NCBI GenBank assembly: GCA_002269645.1
Contig: NIVC01003302.1
Span: forward strand, 1,632 to 65,631
DNA: 64,000 bases
Direction: 5' to 3'
Origin: Macrostomum lignano
Lineage: Eukaryota
Position numbers and translations under genes: made by a program
Notes under the pieces: generated by a model
Seen by the model: the letters and a program-made list of their open reading frames with translations, nothing else
The model's database searches: none
What the model was told of the DNA's origin: nothing
Shown: positions 44,885-56,997 of the stretch, piece by piece
Position numbering within the stretch: position 1 is the stretch's first letter
Layout of the letters: each line of letters begins with the position of its first letter

Positions 44885-47800
44885 ATGCCGCCAGTAGTCA
44901 TGGATGCAATTTCCGAAGAAAAAGTGGCCAAACTGCTGGACTTCAATCACAAGCTGGACATCGGCCTGCTGGACTCCGTTGTCACCCTCATGTACAGCAG
45001 CACCGGCAGCCAGCAGCAGATGGCGCAGCAGGTGCTCACCACCCTCAAGGAGCACCCAGACGCCTGGACCCGGGTGGACTCAATTCTGGAGTACAGCGGC
45101 AACCAGCAGAGCAAGTATTACGCGCTGCAGATTCTGGAGAACCTCATCAAGACCCGCTGGAAGGTTCTGCCCAGGGAGCAGTGCGAGGGCATCAAGCGCT
45201 ACATTGTCGGCTTGGTGATTAAGACTTCCTCCAATCCGCAAATGCTGGAGAGCGAGAAGGTGTACCTGGGCAAGCTCAACATGATCCTGGTGCAGATTCT
45301 CAAGCACGAGTGGCCGAAGAACTGGCCCAGCTTCATCAGCGACATCGTCGGCAGCAGCAAGTCGAACGAGTCGCTGTGCCAGAACAACATGGTCATCCTC
45401 AAGCTGCTCAGCGAGGAAGTATTCGAATTCAACTCTGGCCAGCTCACCCAGGTGAAGGCTCGCCACCTCAAGGACAACATGTGCGCCGAGTTCTCCCTGA
45501 TCTTCCAGCTATGCCAGCACGTGCTGGACAATTCGCAGAACGCGCCCCTGGTGGCGGCCACACTGGAGACTCTGCTGAAGTTCACGCACTGGATCCCGCT
45601 GGGCTACCTGTTCCAGACCAAGCTCATCGCCACCCTGGTGCACAAGTTCCTCAACGTGCCCATGTTCCGCAACGTGACGCTCAAGTGCCTCACCGAGATC
45701 GCGGGAGTCCAGACCAGCGATTACAATGACCAGTTCGTGCAGCTGTTCTGCCTCACCACCGAGAGGCTCAAGGAGATGCTGCCCATCAACACCAACATCC
45801 GGGAGGCCTACCAGCGCGGCCGGGATGACGAGCAGAACTTCATCCAGAACCTCAGCCTCTTCTACTGCACCTTCTTGAGGGAGCACGCCTCTCTGGTGGA
45901 GACCAGTTCCGCTCTGCAGGTTGGTGGGGACCCGCAATGGCTTCATGTTCCCTGGGCATCATAGACACACGGATCATGTTCCCTGGGCATTAGGGACCCA
46001 CAGAGCATGTTCCGTGGGCATCAGGGACCCACAGATCATGTTCCCTGGGCATCAGGGACCCACAGATCATGTTCCCTGGGCATCAGGGACCCACAGATCA
46101 TGTTCCCTGGGCATCAGAGACCCACAGATCATGTTCCCTGGGCATCAGAGACCCACAGATCATGTTACCTAGGCATCAGAACCGTCAGATCAGGGTTAGG
46201 GTCAGTGTTAATTAGGTCAGCTTAATCTAGTTCATTTAAAGCAATTTTATTTTCACTGCAGTTATCCTACTCATAGTAGGCAGGAGTGAATGTGAAGTGA
46301 ACCTCATGCAAATAAAACCTTTCTAACCCTCAGGGCCACTTCTCGGACGCACTGACCTACCTGGTGCTGATCTCTGAGGTTGACGAAGTTGAGATCTTCA
46401 AGATCTGTCTGGAGTACTGGAACTCGCTGTGCACCGAGTTGTACCGGGAGAACCCGTTCGTCAGCGTCCTGCCCGAGGTCGGCCGGCCGGACAGGCGGCG
46501 GGTGTACTGGCCGGTGCTCTCCAGCCTCCGCCGCATCATGATCAGCCGCATGGCCAAGCCCGAGGAGGTGCTGGTGGTGGAGAACGAGCAGGGCGAGGTG
46601 GTGCGCGAGTTCATGAAGGACACGGACAGCGTGGCGCTGTACAAGAGCATGCGGGAGACCCTGGTGTACCTGACTCACCTGGACCCGGTGGAGACTGAGC
46701 GCGTCATCACCGAGAAGCTGCTCCGCCAGGTTGACGGGTCCGAGTGGTCCTGGAAGAACCTCAGCACCCTGTGCTGGGCCGTGGGCTCCATCTCGGGCGC
46801 CATGAACGAGGACGACGAGCGGCGCTTCATCGTGGTGGTCATCCGGGAGCTGCTGGGTCTGTGCGAGCACAAGCAGGTGAGGCCTTGGGGCGGCGGCAGC
46901 TGAGCCCGTTTGGGGCTCAGGCGGTTCGATCCCATGAGGCCCGGACCCCAAGACAGAGGTAGGCAGGCAGGCAGCGCCCTGAGGCAGCGCCCTGAGCCCC
47001 TCTGCAGACTGGGTTAAAATTAGAGGCCTTGGGGCTGGGGTTCTGCTGTGGTGCACCCATGGCAGTCCAGTGTGTCTATCATGTATCTGGGCGGTCGGGG
47101 CATATAAGCAACTACAACAAATATGCTTAAAAACTGTTGCAGGGCAAGGACAACAAAGCAATTGTGGCTGCCAACATCATGTACGTGGTCGGGCAGTATC
47201 CCCGCTTCCTGCGAGCGCACTGGCGCTTCCTCAAGACTGTCGTGAACAAGCTGTTCGAGTTCATGCACGAGACCCACGAGGGGGTTCAGGTGAGACTCGA
47301 ATGCTTTCCAGTGCAAGATTTTTCATCTGTTAGTCCCAGTACAAGATTGTCCCACTGGTAATCCCCAAAAATATCCCACAGCTAATCCCAGTGGTAGATT
47401 ATATCCCACAGCTAATCCCAGTGGTATATTATATCCCACAGCTAATCCCAGTAATAGATTATATCCCACAGCTAATCCCAGTGATAGATTATATCCCACA
47501 GCTAATCCCAGTGATAGATTATATCCCACAGTTAATCCCTCCCCACCCCGCCAGGACATGGCCTGTGACACGTTCATCAAGATCGCCAACAAGTGCCGGC
47601 GCCAGTTCGTGCAGCTGCAGGCCGGCGAGGTGACTCCCTTTGTTGAAGAGATTCTGTGCAACCTGAGCTCCATCATCTGCGACCTGCAGCCGGCCCAGGT
47701 GCACACATTCTACGAGGCCCTGGGCATGATGATCGGGGCTCAGCCGGACAGGCAGCAGCAGGACATCATGATTGAGCAGCTGTTCTGCCTGCCTAACCAG

Positions 47801-50558
47801 GTGCGACTGCTCAGCCATGCCGCTGTTTCACTGGAATCAAAGATGTCATAGCAACCGCTTATTTTCCTGGAAGCATATGCCCTAGAAACGGTTTTTCTTA
47901 TTCTGAAAATCGAATTCTGTTACCATAGCAACCGGTTTTTCTCATTCTGGTAATAACCTGTTACCATAGCAACCGGTTCTTCATTCTGGAAATCTAATTC
48001 TGTTACCATAGCAACCGGTTCTTCATTCTGGAAATCTGATCTGTTACCATAGCAACCGGTTTTTCTCATTCTGGAAATCTAATTCTGTTACCATAGCAAC
48101 CGGTTCTTCATTCTGGAAATCTAATTCTGTTACCATAGCAACCGGTTCTTCATTCTGGAAATCTAATTCTGTTACCATAGCAACCGGTTCTTCATTCTGG
48201 AAATCTAATTCTGTTATCATAGCAACCGGTTCTTCATTCTGGAAATCTGATCTGTTACCATAGCAACCGGTTTTTCTCATTCTGGAAATCTAATTCTGTT
48301 ACCATAGCAACCGGTTTTTCTCATTCTGGAAATCTAATTCTGTTACCATAGCAACCGGTTCTTCATTCTGGAAATCTAATTTTAAAGTTTCACCTCCCCC
48401 TTTGCCGCAGGTCTGGGACGGCATCATCCAGATGGCTGCACAGAACGTGGAAAGCCTTCAGGAGCCGGACACGGTGCGCCAGCTCTCCGTCCTGCTGCGC
48501 ACCAACGTCAGCGCCTGCCGCAGCCTCGGCCACCCCTACGTGCGCCAGCTCGGCCGCAACTTCATGGACATGCTCAGCCTGTACAAACTGCTCAGCGAGG
48601 ACATCAGCAAGGCGGTGGTCGCGCACGGCGAACTGGTGGCCAAGCAGCCGCTGATCCGGGCGATGCGCGGCGTCAAAAAGGAGACGCTGCGACTGCTCGA
48701 CTGCTGGGTCGGCCGCAGCACTGACCCGGCCCTGGTGTCCGACAAGTTCGTGCCGCCCCTGTGCGAGGCCGTGCTTCTCGACTACCAGCGGAATGTCGCC
48801 TCTGCCAGGTATGGCGCTGCTGGACTCCTCCCTTCGGTGGCCCCACTGTGCTCAAGTGACCCCGGGTGTCCTCATCTGTCCTGATATGACCCCGCTTTCA
48901 TGTCTTCTAGGAATCCCGCTGTCCTTATCTGTCCTGATATGACCCCGCTTTCATGTCTTCTAGGGATCCCGCTGTCCTTGTCTGTCCTGATATGAACCCG
49001 CTTTCATGTCTTCTAGGAATCCCGCTGTCCTTATCTGTCCTGATATGACCCCGCTTTCATGTCTTCTAGGGATCCCGCTGTCCTTGTCTGTCCTGATATG
49101 ACCCCGCTTTCATGTCTTCTAGGAATCCCGCTGTCCTTATCTGTCCTGATATGACCCCGCTTTCATGTCTTCTAGGGATCCCGCTGTCCTTGTCTGTCCT
49201 GATATGACCCCGCTTTCATGTCTTCTAGGGATCCCGCTGTCCTTATCTGTCCTCAGGCGACCCCGCTGTCCTCAGATGACACCATAGTCAATAGAAAATT
49301 AGAAAGCCAATAAAGCGCATCAATTCATGATTATCCCCATGACACCCCGCAGAGAGCCGGAGGTGCTGGCCCTGCTGGCCACCATAGTCAGCAAGCTGGG
49401 CGAGCAAGCCAGTCAGCACGTGCCCCCGATGCTGGACGCCGTGTTCGAATGCACCCTGGAGATGCTCAGCCAAGACCAGCACGAGTTCCCGGAGCACCGG
49501 TTGAACCTGTTCACCCTTCTGGAGGCCGTCACTCAGAGCTGCTTCACCACCCTCATCCGCCTGCCCACCGACCGCCTGCGCATCGTGCTGGAGAGCGTGC
49601 TGTGGGCCGTGCGGCACAGCTTGAGGTCCGTCAGCGAGACCGGCCTCAGCATCGTGCTCCGCCTGCTGCAGAAGGTCGACTGCCTGGACCCGGCCGCTGC
49701 CGGCCAGTTCCACGCCAACTTCTTCATGAGCCTGCTCCAGCACCTGTTCTCCGTGCTCACCGACCCGCTGCAGGCCGGCCAGCTGTCTCAGGTGAGCTGC
49801 CGGAGGTTTTTCACTTCTGGTGTTCATGAGATGCCAGCCACTCCCAGAAACTCGCCAGATCCCGGCCACTCCGACAATCCCAGAAGATCCCCAGAGATCC
49901 CAGCCACAATCACAGGAGATCCCAGCCACAATCCCAGGAGATCCCAGCCACAATCCCATGAGATCCCAGCCACAATCCCAGGATATCCCAGCCACAATCC
50001 CCAGAGATCCCAGCCACAATCCCAGGAGATCCCAGCCACAATCCCCAGAGATCCCAGCCACAATCACAGGAGATCCCAGTCACAATCCCTAGAGATCTCA
50101 GCCACAATCCCAGGAGATCCCAGCCACAGTCCCAGGAAATCCCAGTCATCAAGCTCCCCCCTGGCTCGCAGGTGAGCTCGGTGCTGTGCCTGATGTTTTC
50201 CCTGTGCGAGCGGGACCGGCTGCACACGCAGCTGCAGGCCAGCGTGAGCAACAGCGAGTTTGTGCTGCAGTCGCTCAGCGCGCTGCTGTCGGAGGCCTAC
50301 CCGCACCTGCAGCGGCCGCAGATCGCCGTGTTCGTCCAGGGCTGCTTCTCGTTCAACGCCGACCAGAAGCGATTCCGCGAGCACCTGCGCGACTTCCTGG
50401 TGCAGATTCGCGAGTTCACCGGCGAGGACCTGAGCGACCTGTACCTGGAGGAGCAGCAGGAGGAGATCCGGCGGGCCCAGGAGGCCAAGCTGGCCCAGCA
50501 GTGCACCGTGCCCGGCATCCTCAACCCGCACGAGGTTCAGGACGCCATGGAGGACTGA
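44885..50558 (+). CDS. XPO1: Exportin-1 / CRM1, ~1064 aa
   Basis: Exons 44885-45919, 46334-46876, 47143-47289, 47555-47800, 48411-48808, 49353-49791, 50172-50558 sum to 3195 nt in frame. Motifs: [12 protein letters not shown], acidic loop [38 protein letters not shown] (retains the leptomycin-B-reactive Cys position), [10 protein letters not shown], and C-terminal PGILNPHE. Confidence 0.97.
45945..46170. repeat. ~31-bp minisatellite in XPO1 intron 1
   Basis: Unit CATCAGGGACCCACAGATCATGTTCCCTGGG. Confidence 0.9.
47380..47530. repeat. 30-bp minisatellite in XPO1 intron 3
   Basis: Unit ATATCCCACAGCTAATCCCAGTGATAGATT. Confidence 0.9.
47910..48380. repeat. ~36-bp minisatellite in XPO1 intron 4
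   Basis: Unit TGTTACCATAGCAACCGGTTCTTCATTCTGGAAATC-type. Confidence 0.9.
48880..49255. repeat. ~53-bp minisatellite in XPO1 intron 5
   Basis: Unit CTGTCCTGATATGACCCCGCTTTCATGTCTTCTAGGGATCCCGCTGTCCTTAT-type. Confidence 0.9.
49870..50140. repeat. ~22-bp minisatellite in XPO1 intron 6
   Basis: Unit GATCCCAGCCACAATCCCAGGA-type. Confidence 0.9.
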
Positions 50559-51194
50559 GCGGCTGCTTCGTGATGCGGAACCCCCCCCCTCCAGTGTTCG
50601 CAGCGGTGCATTTGCCAGGCCTCTGTTGTCCCCTCGTGTCTTTAGTCCTCTCCGTGAACCCAGTTTATTTATTGTCTGTCCCTGCACTGTCACAATGCGG
50701 CCAGACTGTCGGGATGCTATTGTATTGCTATTAACTTTAACTCTTTCGCGTTCAGGCGGCACCGCGTCCCCCCTCCCCCCGGTAGCAGCGAATGCAATTC
50801 AATTGGCGGCTCGGAGCCCCGCGTATTTTATATCCATTTATTGTGGCCACCTGTGCGTTTCCCCAAGCCGCTACTTCTCTTCGTTCTCGTGTTGTTGTGA
50901 ATTTCTTGTGCGCGGCGGCTCCCACTTGCTGCAGTTTCCCACTTTCTCCAGCCTCCCCCAGTGTCTGTCTGCCGAAATAGGTGTTGAAATGCTTTGCCTG
51001 AGCCCCCCAACAATCCGCATCATCTGTTCTGCAAATTCAGCAGCCCACCGAATACACAGCATAACAATTATTACCTTATTATTACAATTACTGTTACGCT
51101 AATTGTGTTTCTAATACATCGATAACTCAACTGCGCAGGCAGCTGTGTTGGCGTTCCGTTCATTTTGCTAGCTGTACTACTTATAGTAAGTAGC

Positions 51195-51810
51195 ATAACC
51201 CTTTGATGCAGCTGTGCTACCCTTTGATGCAGCTGTGCTACCCTTTGATGGAGCTCTGCTACCCTTTGATGGAGCTGTGCTACCCTTTGATGGAGCTGTG
51301 CTACCCTTTGATGGAGCTCTGCTACCCTTTGATGGAGCTCTGCTACCCTTTGATGGAGCTGTGCTACCCTTTGATGCAGCTGTGCTACCCTTTGATGGAG
51401 CTGTGCTACCCTTTGATGGAGCTCTGCTACCCTTTGATGGAGCTCTGCTACCCTTTGATGGAGCTGTGCTACCCTTTGATGGAGCTGTGCTACCCTTTGA
51501 TGGAGCTCTGCTACCCTTTGATGGAGCTGTGCTACCCTTTGATGGAGCTCTGCTACCCTTTGATGGAGCTGTGCTAACCTTTGATGGAGCTCTGCTACCC
51601 TTTGATGGAGCTCTGCTACCCTTTGATGGAGCTCTGCTACCCTTTGATGGAGCTGTGCTACCCTTTGATGGAGCTCTGCTACCCTTTGATGGAGCTCTGC
51701 TACCCTTTGATGGAGCTCTGCTACCCTTTGATGGAGCTGTGCTAACCTTTGATGGAGCTCTGCTACCCTTTGACGGAGCTGCGCTGCCCTTTGACGGAGC
51801 TGCGCTGCCT
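51195..51810. repeat. 21-bp minisatellite (CCCTTTGATGGAGCTGTGCTA)
   Basis: Direct inspection. Confidence 0.95.
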
Positions 51811-52589
51811 CAGCTACTTAAAATCACTCCTTGTTTTCTCACGTTGTTCCAGCTCTCATTAATAACAGCAATTAGTGGGTAATGAGTCTCAACTTGAGGT
51901 TTTTGCATGGCTTTAATTACTGTTGGTTCCGTGTTAATTACACTAGGGCTTTTTAAATCTCCCTTTTAAAAGGCACTAATCATTTCTTCTTGCTAAAAGT
52001 CACTACTATAAGTACTCGTAGTTGTGCGTTTAGATAATAGCAAGATATTTGGCTCTTTTAGATATTTTTTCGATAGATAGATACGAGTAGATACATAGAT
52101 AAACAGATAAGATAAATAAATAGATAGACAGACGAGGGCGACATTGTCCAATTGCTTAGTAAAACAAATAACAAAGACGGAAGTGACTGGCACTTAAAGC
52201 TAAATTTAGAAACAGGGGGTCGTAAAAGTCGGCGGTGAGAGAGAAAGGTGATAAATCAAGGCGAAGGCAGATTAAAGTAATAAACTGGGCCTCTGACGCT
52301 CAGAATAGGTCGTGCCCACAACAGAAAAAGTAAAACGGCCCAATTGGGGCGCAACTAAACACAAAAATACATTAGAGGAAATAGGAATTGGTACGATTTT
52401 TTGTCAGTTTATTTGGATAAAGCTGACAGAAATCTTTACCTCAGTGGTTAAATATAATGGGTATATTTAAAAACACAAAATAGCATGCTTAATGCATTTA
52501 AAGTAAGACAGTGTTTTTAAATAAAATATTCAGATTCACTAAAATAGTTTCCGAGTTTTCAACGTGCATGCCTCGGCATCCGATCAGCT

Positions 52590-52793
52590 TCACTTTGGTG
52601 GCGGCTGCTGCTGCGGCTCCTGCTGTCCGCCAGGAGCCTGGTAGCGCTCGTTGTTAGGGTTCAGCTGGGTGGCGTGGTTATCCAGGTCCGCCTTGGTGCC
52701 GGTGCCCTGGTAGCCGGGCTGGTGGCCCGCGTAGCGCTCATTGTTGGGGTTGCACTGGTTGGACTTGTTGTCGCTGGCAGCTTTGTCAGACAT
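52590..52793 (-). CDS. Small N/Q/G-rich protein with two NPNN motifs, paralogue 1 (67 aa)
   Basis: MSDKAASDNKSNQCNPNNERYAGHQPGYQGTGTKADLDNHATQLNPNNERYQAPGGQQEPQQQPPPK. GC3-rich codons within AT-rich flanks; TATTTAAG at 52934-52927; AATAAA at ~52410; conserved with two neighbouring ORFs. Confidence 0.8.
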   Translation of the reverse strand: MSDKAASDNKSNQCNPNNERYAGHQPGYQGTGTKADLDNHATQLNPNNERYQAPGGQQEPQQQPPPK

Positions 52794-53637
52794 GTTGCTA
52801 ATCTGGATTAGTAGCTGGATTTACTAGTCTGTGTGTAATGCGTTTGATCACTCTGAGGACTCGCGTTAGCTCAGCTCTGGCGGCAGTCGGTGACAGCGGG
52901 GAGGAAGCGGCGCTCTGGCTTGGCCTCTTAAATACGCCCTCTCAGTCATTGCTAAAAATAGAATCTGAGAACAACAACCTGCAATAGCATTGGCGCTTTT
53001 GTACTCTGATGAACCCAGACTCTCGGTTTATTTCTTGGAAATCTGCCTATTTCCTAGAAATGTTTACACAGCTTGCCTGTTTACTACTGCAGTCCAGGAG
53101 GGTGTGTGCCGTGCAATTTCGGTTAAGCCGGTCAATTGAATTTGAGTTGGCAAGAGCAGCCTTGTTTACTGCATTGCACAATGTCTGCTCTGCACCTGCA
53201 TTCATGAGGTATAGGCAACCCTTCTGTTTACCACAGCGGCTTGTTGCAAATTTACTTTAGTTTAGGCAAGAGCAAATTGTGACAGGGCTGAGGACCGGTG
53301 TCATGGCAACCATTATCCTAACTTTGGATGCGTTATTTTATTTGGGGCCAGAAGTCATGCCAAGCGCTAGGCTGATTTCTCTCTGGGGTTTACGAGATTA
53401 AAGACCTGTCAATAATCACAGTTTAAGCCGTGATCTGATATCACCTAAATGAATACTGCCGAATCTTTTATAGCCGCGCATTCTTGTCCGCAAGTCTGTT
53501 AACAAAATTTCAAAGTTCTCTGACTTTCGGTACATCTAAATCTAGACAGTATATGTACGTATTGTACATTAAACTTACAATTAATGTACAATAAAGTTTG
53601 TCTGCCGCGTATTCGGATTTAAAACTTTACTTGCTTA

Positions 53638-54130
53638 GTGGCGCATACGAACGACATCCTTGCGTCTTTGACAACAACCAAGGAGAAGAACAACTTCAAC
53701 AGCAAGGTTCGACAAACGGAGCGCAACTTCAGGTACGAGGGCCAGCAGCTGTTCTGTGATGTCAGAAGAAGCGCCATCGGTCAACGGAGCGTCGCCTGGA
53801 GGTGGAAGATCAAAGAGATCTGTCAACTGATCTAAGAAGATCACACCTCTGCGACTGGAGGAGCTCATCAGGGGATTAAGTCCACCCCATCGAAGCTGCA
53901 GGAGCGATTTCACTGGGACGGCAGGACAAAATTTGTGCACGCTCGTACGTTCAGAAGTCCGCGTCTGCCAGCAGCCTCAGCCTTAGAGTCGGTGACAAGG
54001 TCCTGCTGCGGAACTTTGTCCGTGACGATCTGAAACGCGGCGAACTGAAGACACCGTGGTGTACCAAGGTATACACGGTCGAACGTGTCGTCCTAAGCAA
54101 CAACCTGTACGGACTCGAGAGGGAAGTGTA
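53638..54130 (+). mobile_element. Degenerate Gypsy/Ginger-type integrase remnant (zinc-binding region and C-terminal part; catalytic core deleted)
   Basis: After a stop codon the frame reads DHTSATGGAHQGIKST..KLQERFHWDG (H2C2-like). A frameshifted segment follows: LRVGDKVLLRNF...GELKTPW..VYTVERV..NNLYGL (GPY/F-region-like). No DDE core is seen. Confidence 0.6.
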
Positions 54131-55016
54131 CAGCGATCAATGGCCACCAGGCAGGTGATTTCAAGAATTTCTAATATTTTAAGAGTAAATTTTCTAATTG
54201 GCGTCATCTAAAGTACTTGGTGTGAACTAGAGACTGAAAAAGGTGTTTCACTTGACTCACTAGAAACTTTGTGATTTAGAGCAAATGTAAAATTAATGGA
54301 AGATCTAGAAAGTAGGACTTAAACGACAAAGAAGTTTGATAATTCAACATATGCTCAACATTTCTTTGCGTATCTTTAAAACGTGCCGGATTTATCTCAA
54401 GGACAAGCTAGACTAGCTATCTGCGGTTAATTTATTTTTCACATCAAGTCTTACAATATTATAATGTGCATTATTTAATTTTGTGTACGAGTACAAATCA
54501 TTCAGTTCTGGATTGTTGTTGTCTTTTTGTTGAAATGTACCTTGTAGTAATAATTTATTGTCTACTTGCAATGTTGTCGGAATATTTAAGATAAGATAAG
54601 ATAAGATAAGATAAGCATAAGCATAAGATAGTTTCTGCTCAGTGAGAGAATTCAAGATAACCGAATGAGTTTGGATACTGAAAAGTATTTTTATTCAGCT
54701 GAATAAAACAACGCAGAATTTTTTTAAGACGTGACACCGGGGCACAGTGGCAGGGCTTGAAGCTTGTCCGCAGTGGAACTCAATTTTAACAAAAACTGAA
54801 AAGATGCTCAATTTAATGCTGTGTTATTATTGCACTACTAAAAGTAGCTGATTCGCAAAAAAATCTTGTGATTATATTTTTTGTAATTATTGCTCAAATC
54901 ATGCGTCCTCAAAAGTACAAAGTTGATGGTAAACAGCCACAGAGGCATCAGGTTATTCTACGAGAGCTCAATCAGTATTTCTGTAACTGTCAGCTCTGCT
55001 CCGTGACTTTCGCCTC

Positions 55017-55226
55017 TCAAAACCGCTCATTTCTTCGAATGTCCCCCGACCGGCCCTGGCCGCCGCCTCCGCCCTGGTAGCGCGAGTTGTTGGGGTTCAG
55101 CTGGTTGCCATGGTTACTCAGGTCGGCCTTGGTCCCGGTGCCGCCATAGCCGCTCTGGTGGCCCTGGTAGCTGGAGTTGTTGGGGTTGCACTGGTTGGAC
55201 TTGTTGTCCCTGCCGGATTTGTCCAT
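55017..55226 (-). CDS. Small N/Q/G-rich protein with two NPNN motifs, paralogue 2 (69 aa)
   Basis: MDKSGRDNKSNQCNPNNSSYQGHQSGYGGTGTKADLSNHGNQLNPNNSRYQGGGGGQGRSGDIRRNERF. A 5' UTR intron spans 55769-55237 (GTAAGT...CCCCAG). Confidence 0.8.
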   Translation of the reverse strand: MDKSGRDNKSNQCNPNNSSYQGHQSGYGGTGTKADLSNHGNQLNPNNSRYQGGGGGQGRSGDIRRNERF

Positions 55227-55339
55227 GGCCGCTGCTCTGGGGGTGCGCGGTGAGGTGCGGATGCAGTCCTAAGTCAATCCATGGCTTTAGTAAGAGCTCA
55301 AGTCTGAGCTATACTCGTAGGGAACTGAAATTGTGCCAC

Positions 55340-55750
55340 AGAGAGAATGGCGCCATACAGGAAGAATGGCGCCACACAGAGAGAATGGCGCCACACAGAG
55401 AGAATGGCGCCACACAGAGAATGGCGCCACACAGAGAGAATGGCGCCACACAGAGAGAATGGCGCCACACAGAGAGAATGGCGCCACACAGAGAGAATGG
55501 CGCCACACAGAGAGAATGGCGCCACACAGAGAGAATGGCGCCACACAGAGAGAATGGCGCCACACAGAGAGAATGGCGCCACACAGAGAGAATGGCGCCA
55601 CACAGAGAGAATGGCGCCACACAGAGAGAATGGCGCCACACAGAGAGAATGGCGCCACACAGAGAGAATGGCGCCACACAGAGAATGGCGCCACACAGAG
55701 AGAATGGCGCCACACAGAGAGAATGGCGCCACACAGAGAGAATGGTGCCG
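55340..55750. repeat. 19-bp minisatellite (CACAGAGAGAATGGCGCCA) in the 5' UTR intron of paralogue 2
   Basis: Direct inspection. Confidence 0.95.
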
Positions 55751-55850
55751 TTCTTGTAAAAAAACTTACCGTTTTTTTCAAAAGCTGAGAATTCTTAGAA
55801 AAGCAAAAAATTCTTCTCGAAGCTTTGGAACTCGATGAAGAAACTCACGG

Positions 55851-55890
55851 GTCTGAGCGGCTCCTCGGGATTTGTATTTACTATTTATAG
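55851..55890 (-). promoter_or_regulatory. TATA box (TATAAATA, 55889-55882) and Inr-like TCAGAC of paralogue 2
   Basis: Canonical TATA ~35 nt upstream of an Inr-like motif, followed by a short non-coding exon that ends at a GTAAGT donor. Confidence 0.6.
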
Positions 55891-56642
55891 CCTGAAATGT
55901 GCGTGACGGTGGAAGGAGTCAGAAACTCTGGCTTAAAAGTACACCCCAGGTGCGGAGCACGTGAGAGAAGAAAAACACGGTGTTTTTGCTTTCGAAATAC
56001 CTGCCTGCCTGACAGAAATTTCTTGGAAACTTGAGAACTCATTTCCAGGAAATTCAATCAAAAAGTACATTTAGTTTGAGCAACAACTTTACCCTGGCTC
56101 CACCCGAACTTCAAGTCTGTTTATTGCAGAGATTAGAATCAGGACTGGACTGAGAGCGCTTGCGCTGGCAAGGGCGTGGCGGGGACTACTGTCTGAAAAA
56201 TAATCGATACTTTTAAGTAGTCCTTGGAGTTCTGACAGAAATTCTCGCGCGACTTGGATTGGACGCCAACTCCGAATCGCGCGCTATCATAGGAGCGCAT
56301 TGGTTTAAGCGCGCACCGCGCCGGTCTAACGGTACCTTGCAGCTGCCTGCTCAGGAGAGGCACAAGAGCGCACTGGGGTGCTTAGGATGAGTTTCATCTT
56401 AGGCCAAACTGAGTTGAAAAAATTCGACAAACAAAAATACACAAAAGACATGCAGGGAGAAGCCGAGTTCATGCTGCATTTTCAAAGCGACCTTCGAGTT
56501 TGAACATGAGAAAAATTTTTAAGATCCAACTTGCTAATCTTGTATTTTAAATAGTCAAATGTGAAACCAACACAGACTGCTGTCTTTGTTAATCTTTTGG
56601 CAATCTTCTGCATGCTGGCTGGGGCAGTCTTTGTCACCGACT

Positions 56643-56885
56643 TCACTGCAAGGTGCACCAAGACTTCTGCTGCTCTTGCTCAGCGGCACCGCTGCCGCTG
56701 CCGCCTCCACCGCCACTGGGGCCTCCGCCCTGCTGGTAGCGCCAGTTGTTGGGGTTCAGCTGGTTGGCATGGTTATCCAGATCCGCCTTGGTGCCGGTGC
56801 CCTGGTAGCCGGGCTGGTGGCCCTGATAGCGCTCATTGTTGGGGTTGCACTGGTTGGACTTATTGTCGTTGTTTGACTTGTCCAT
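56643..56885 (-). CDS. Small N/Q/G-rich protein with two NPNN motifs, paralogue 3 (80 aa)
   Basis: MDKSNNDNKSNQCNPNNERYQGHQPGYQGTGTKADLDNHANQLNPNNWRYQQGGGPSGGGGGSGSGAAEQEQQKSWCTLQ. The ATG at 56885 aligns with the starts of the paralogues. Confidence 0.8.
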   Translation of the reverse strand: MDKSNNDNKSNQCNPNNERYQGHQPGYQGTGTKADLDNHANQLNPNNWRYQQGGGPSGGGGGSGSGAAEQEQQKSWCTLQ

Positions 56886-56997
56886 GCTGTCGCTGATGAA
56901 ACAGTGATGCCTGAAGGTTTCAGCCGTTCGGTGGCTTGGAAAGCCGAATTTTGAAGCAAAAATATTAAAGTGCAAGAAGATGTGATCTCAGATTCTA

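Noticed and set aside
45080-50762. Antisense and alternate-frame ORFs over XPO1, actinin and the lectins
   Set aside because: These are expected shadows of GC3-rich coding sequence.
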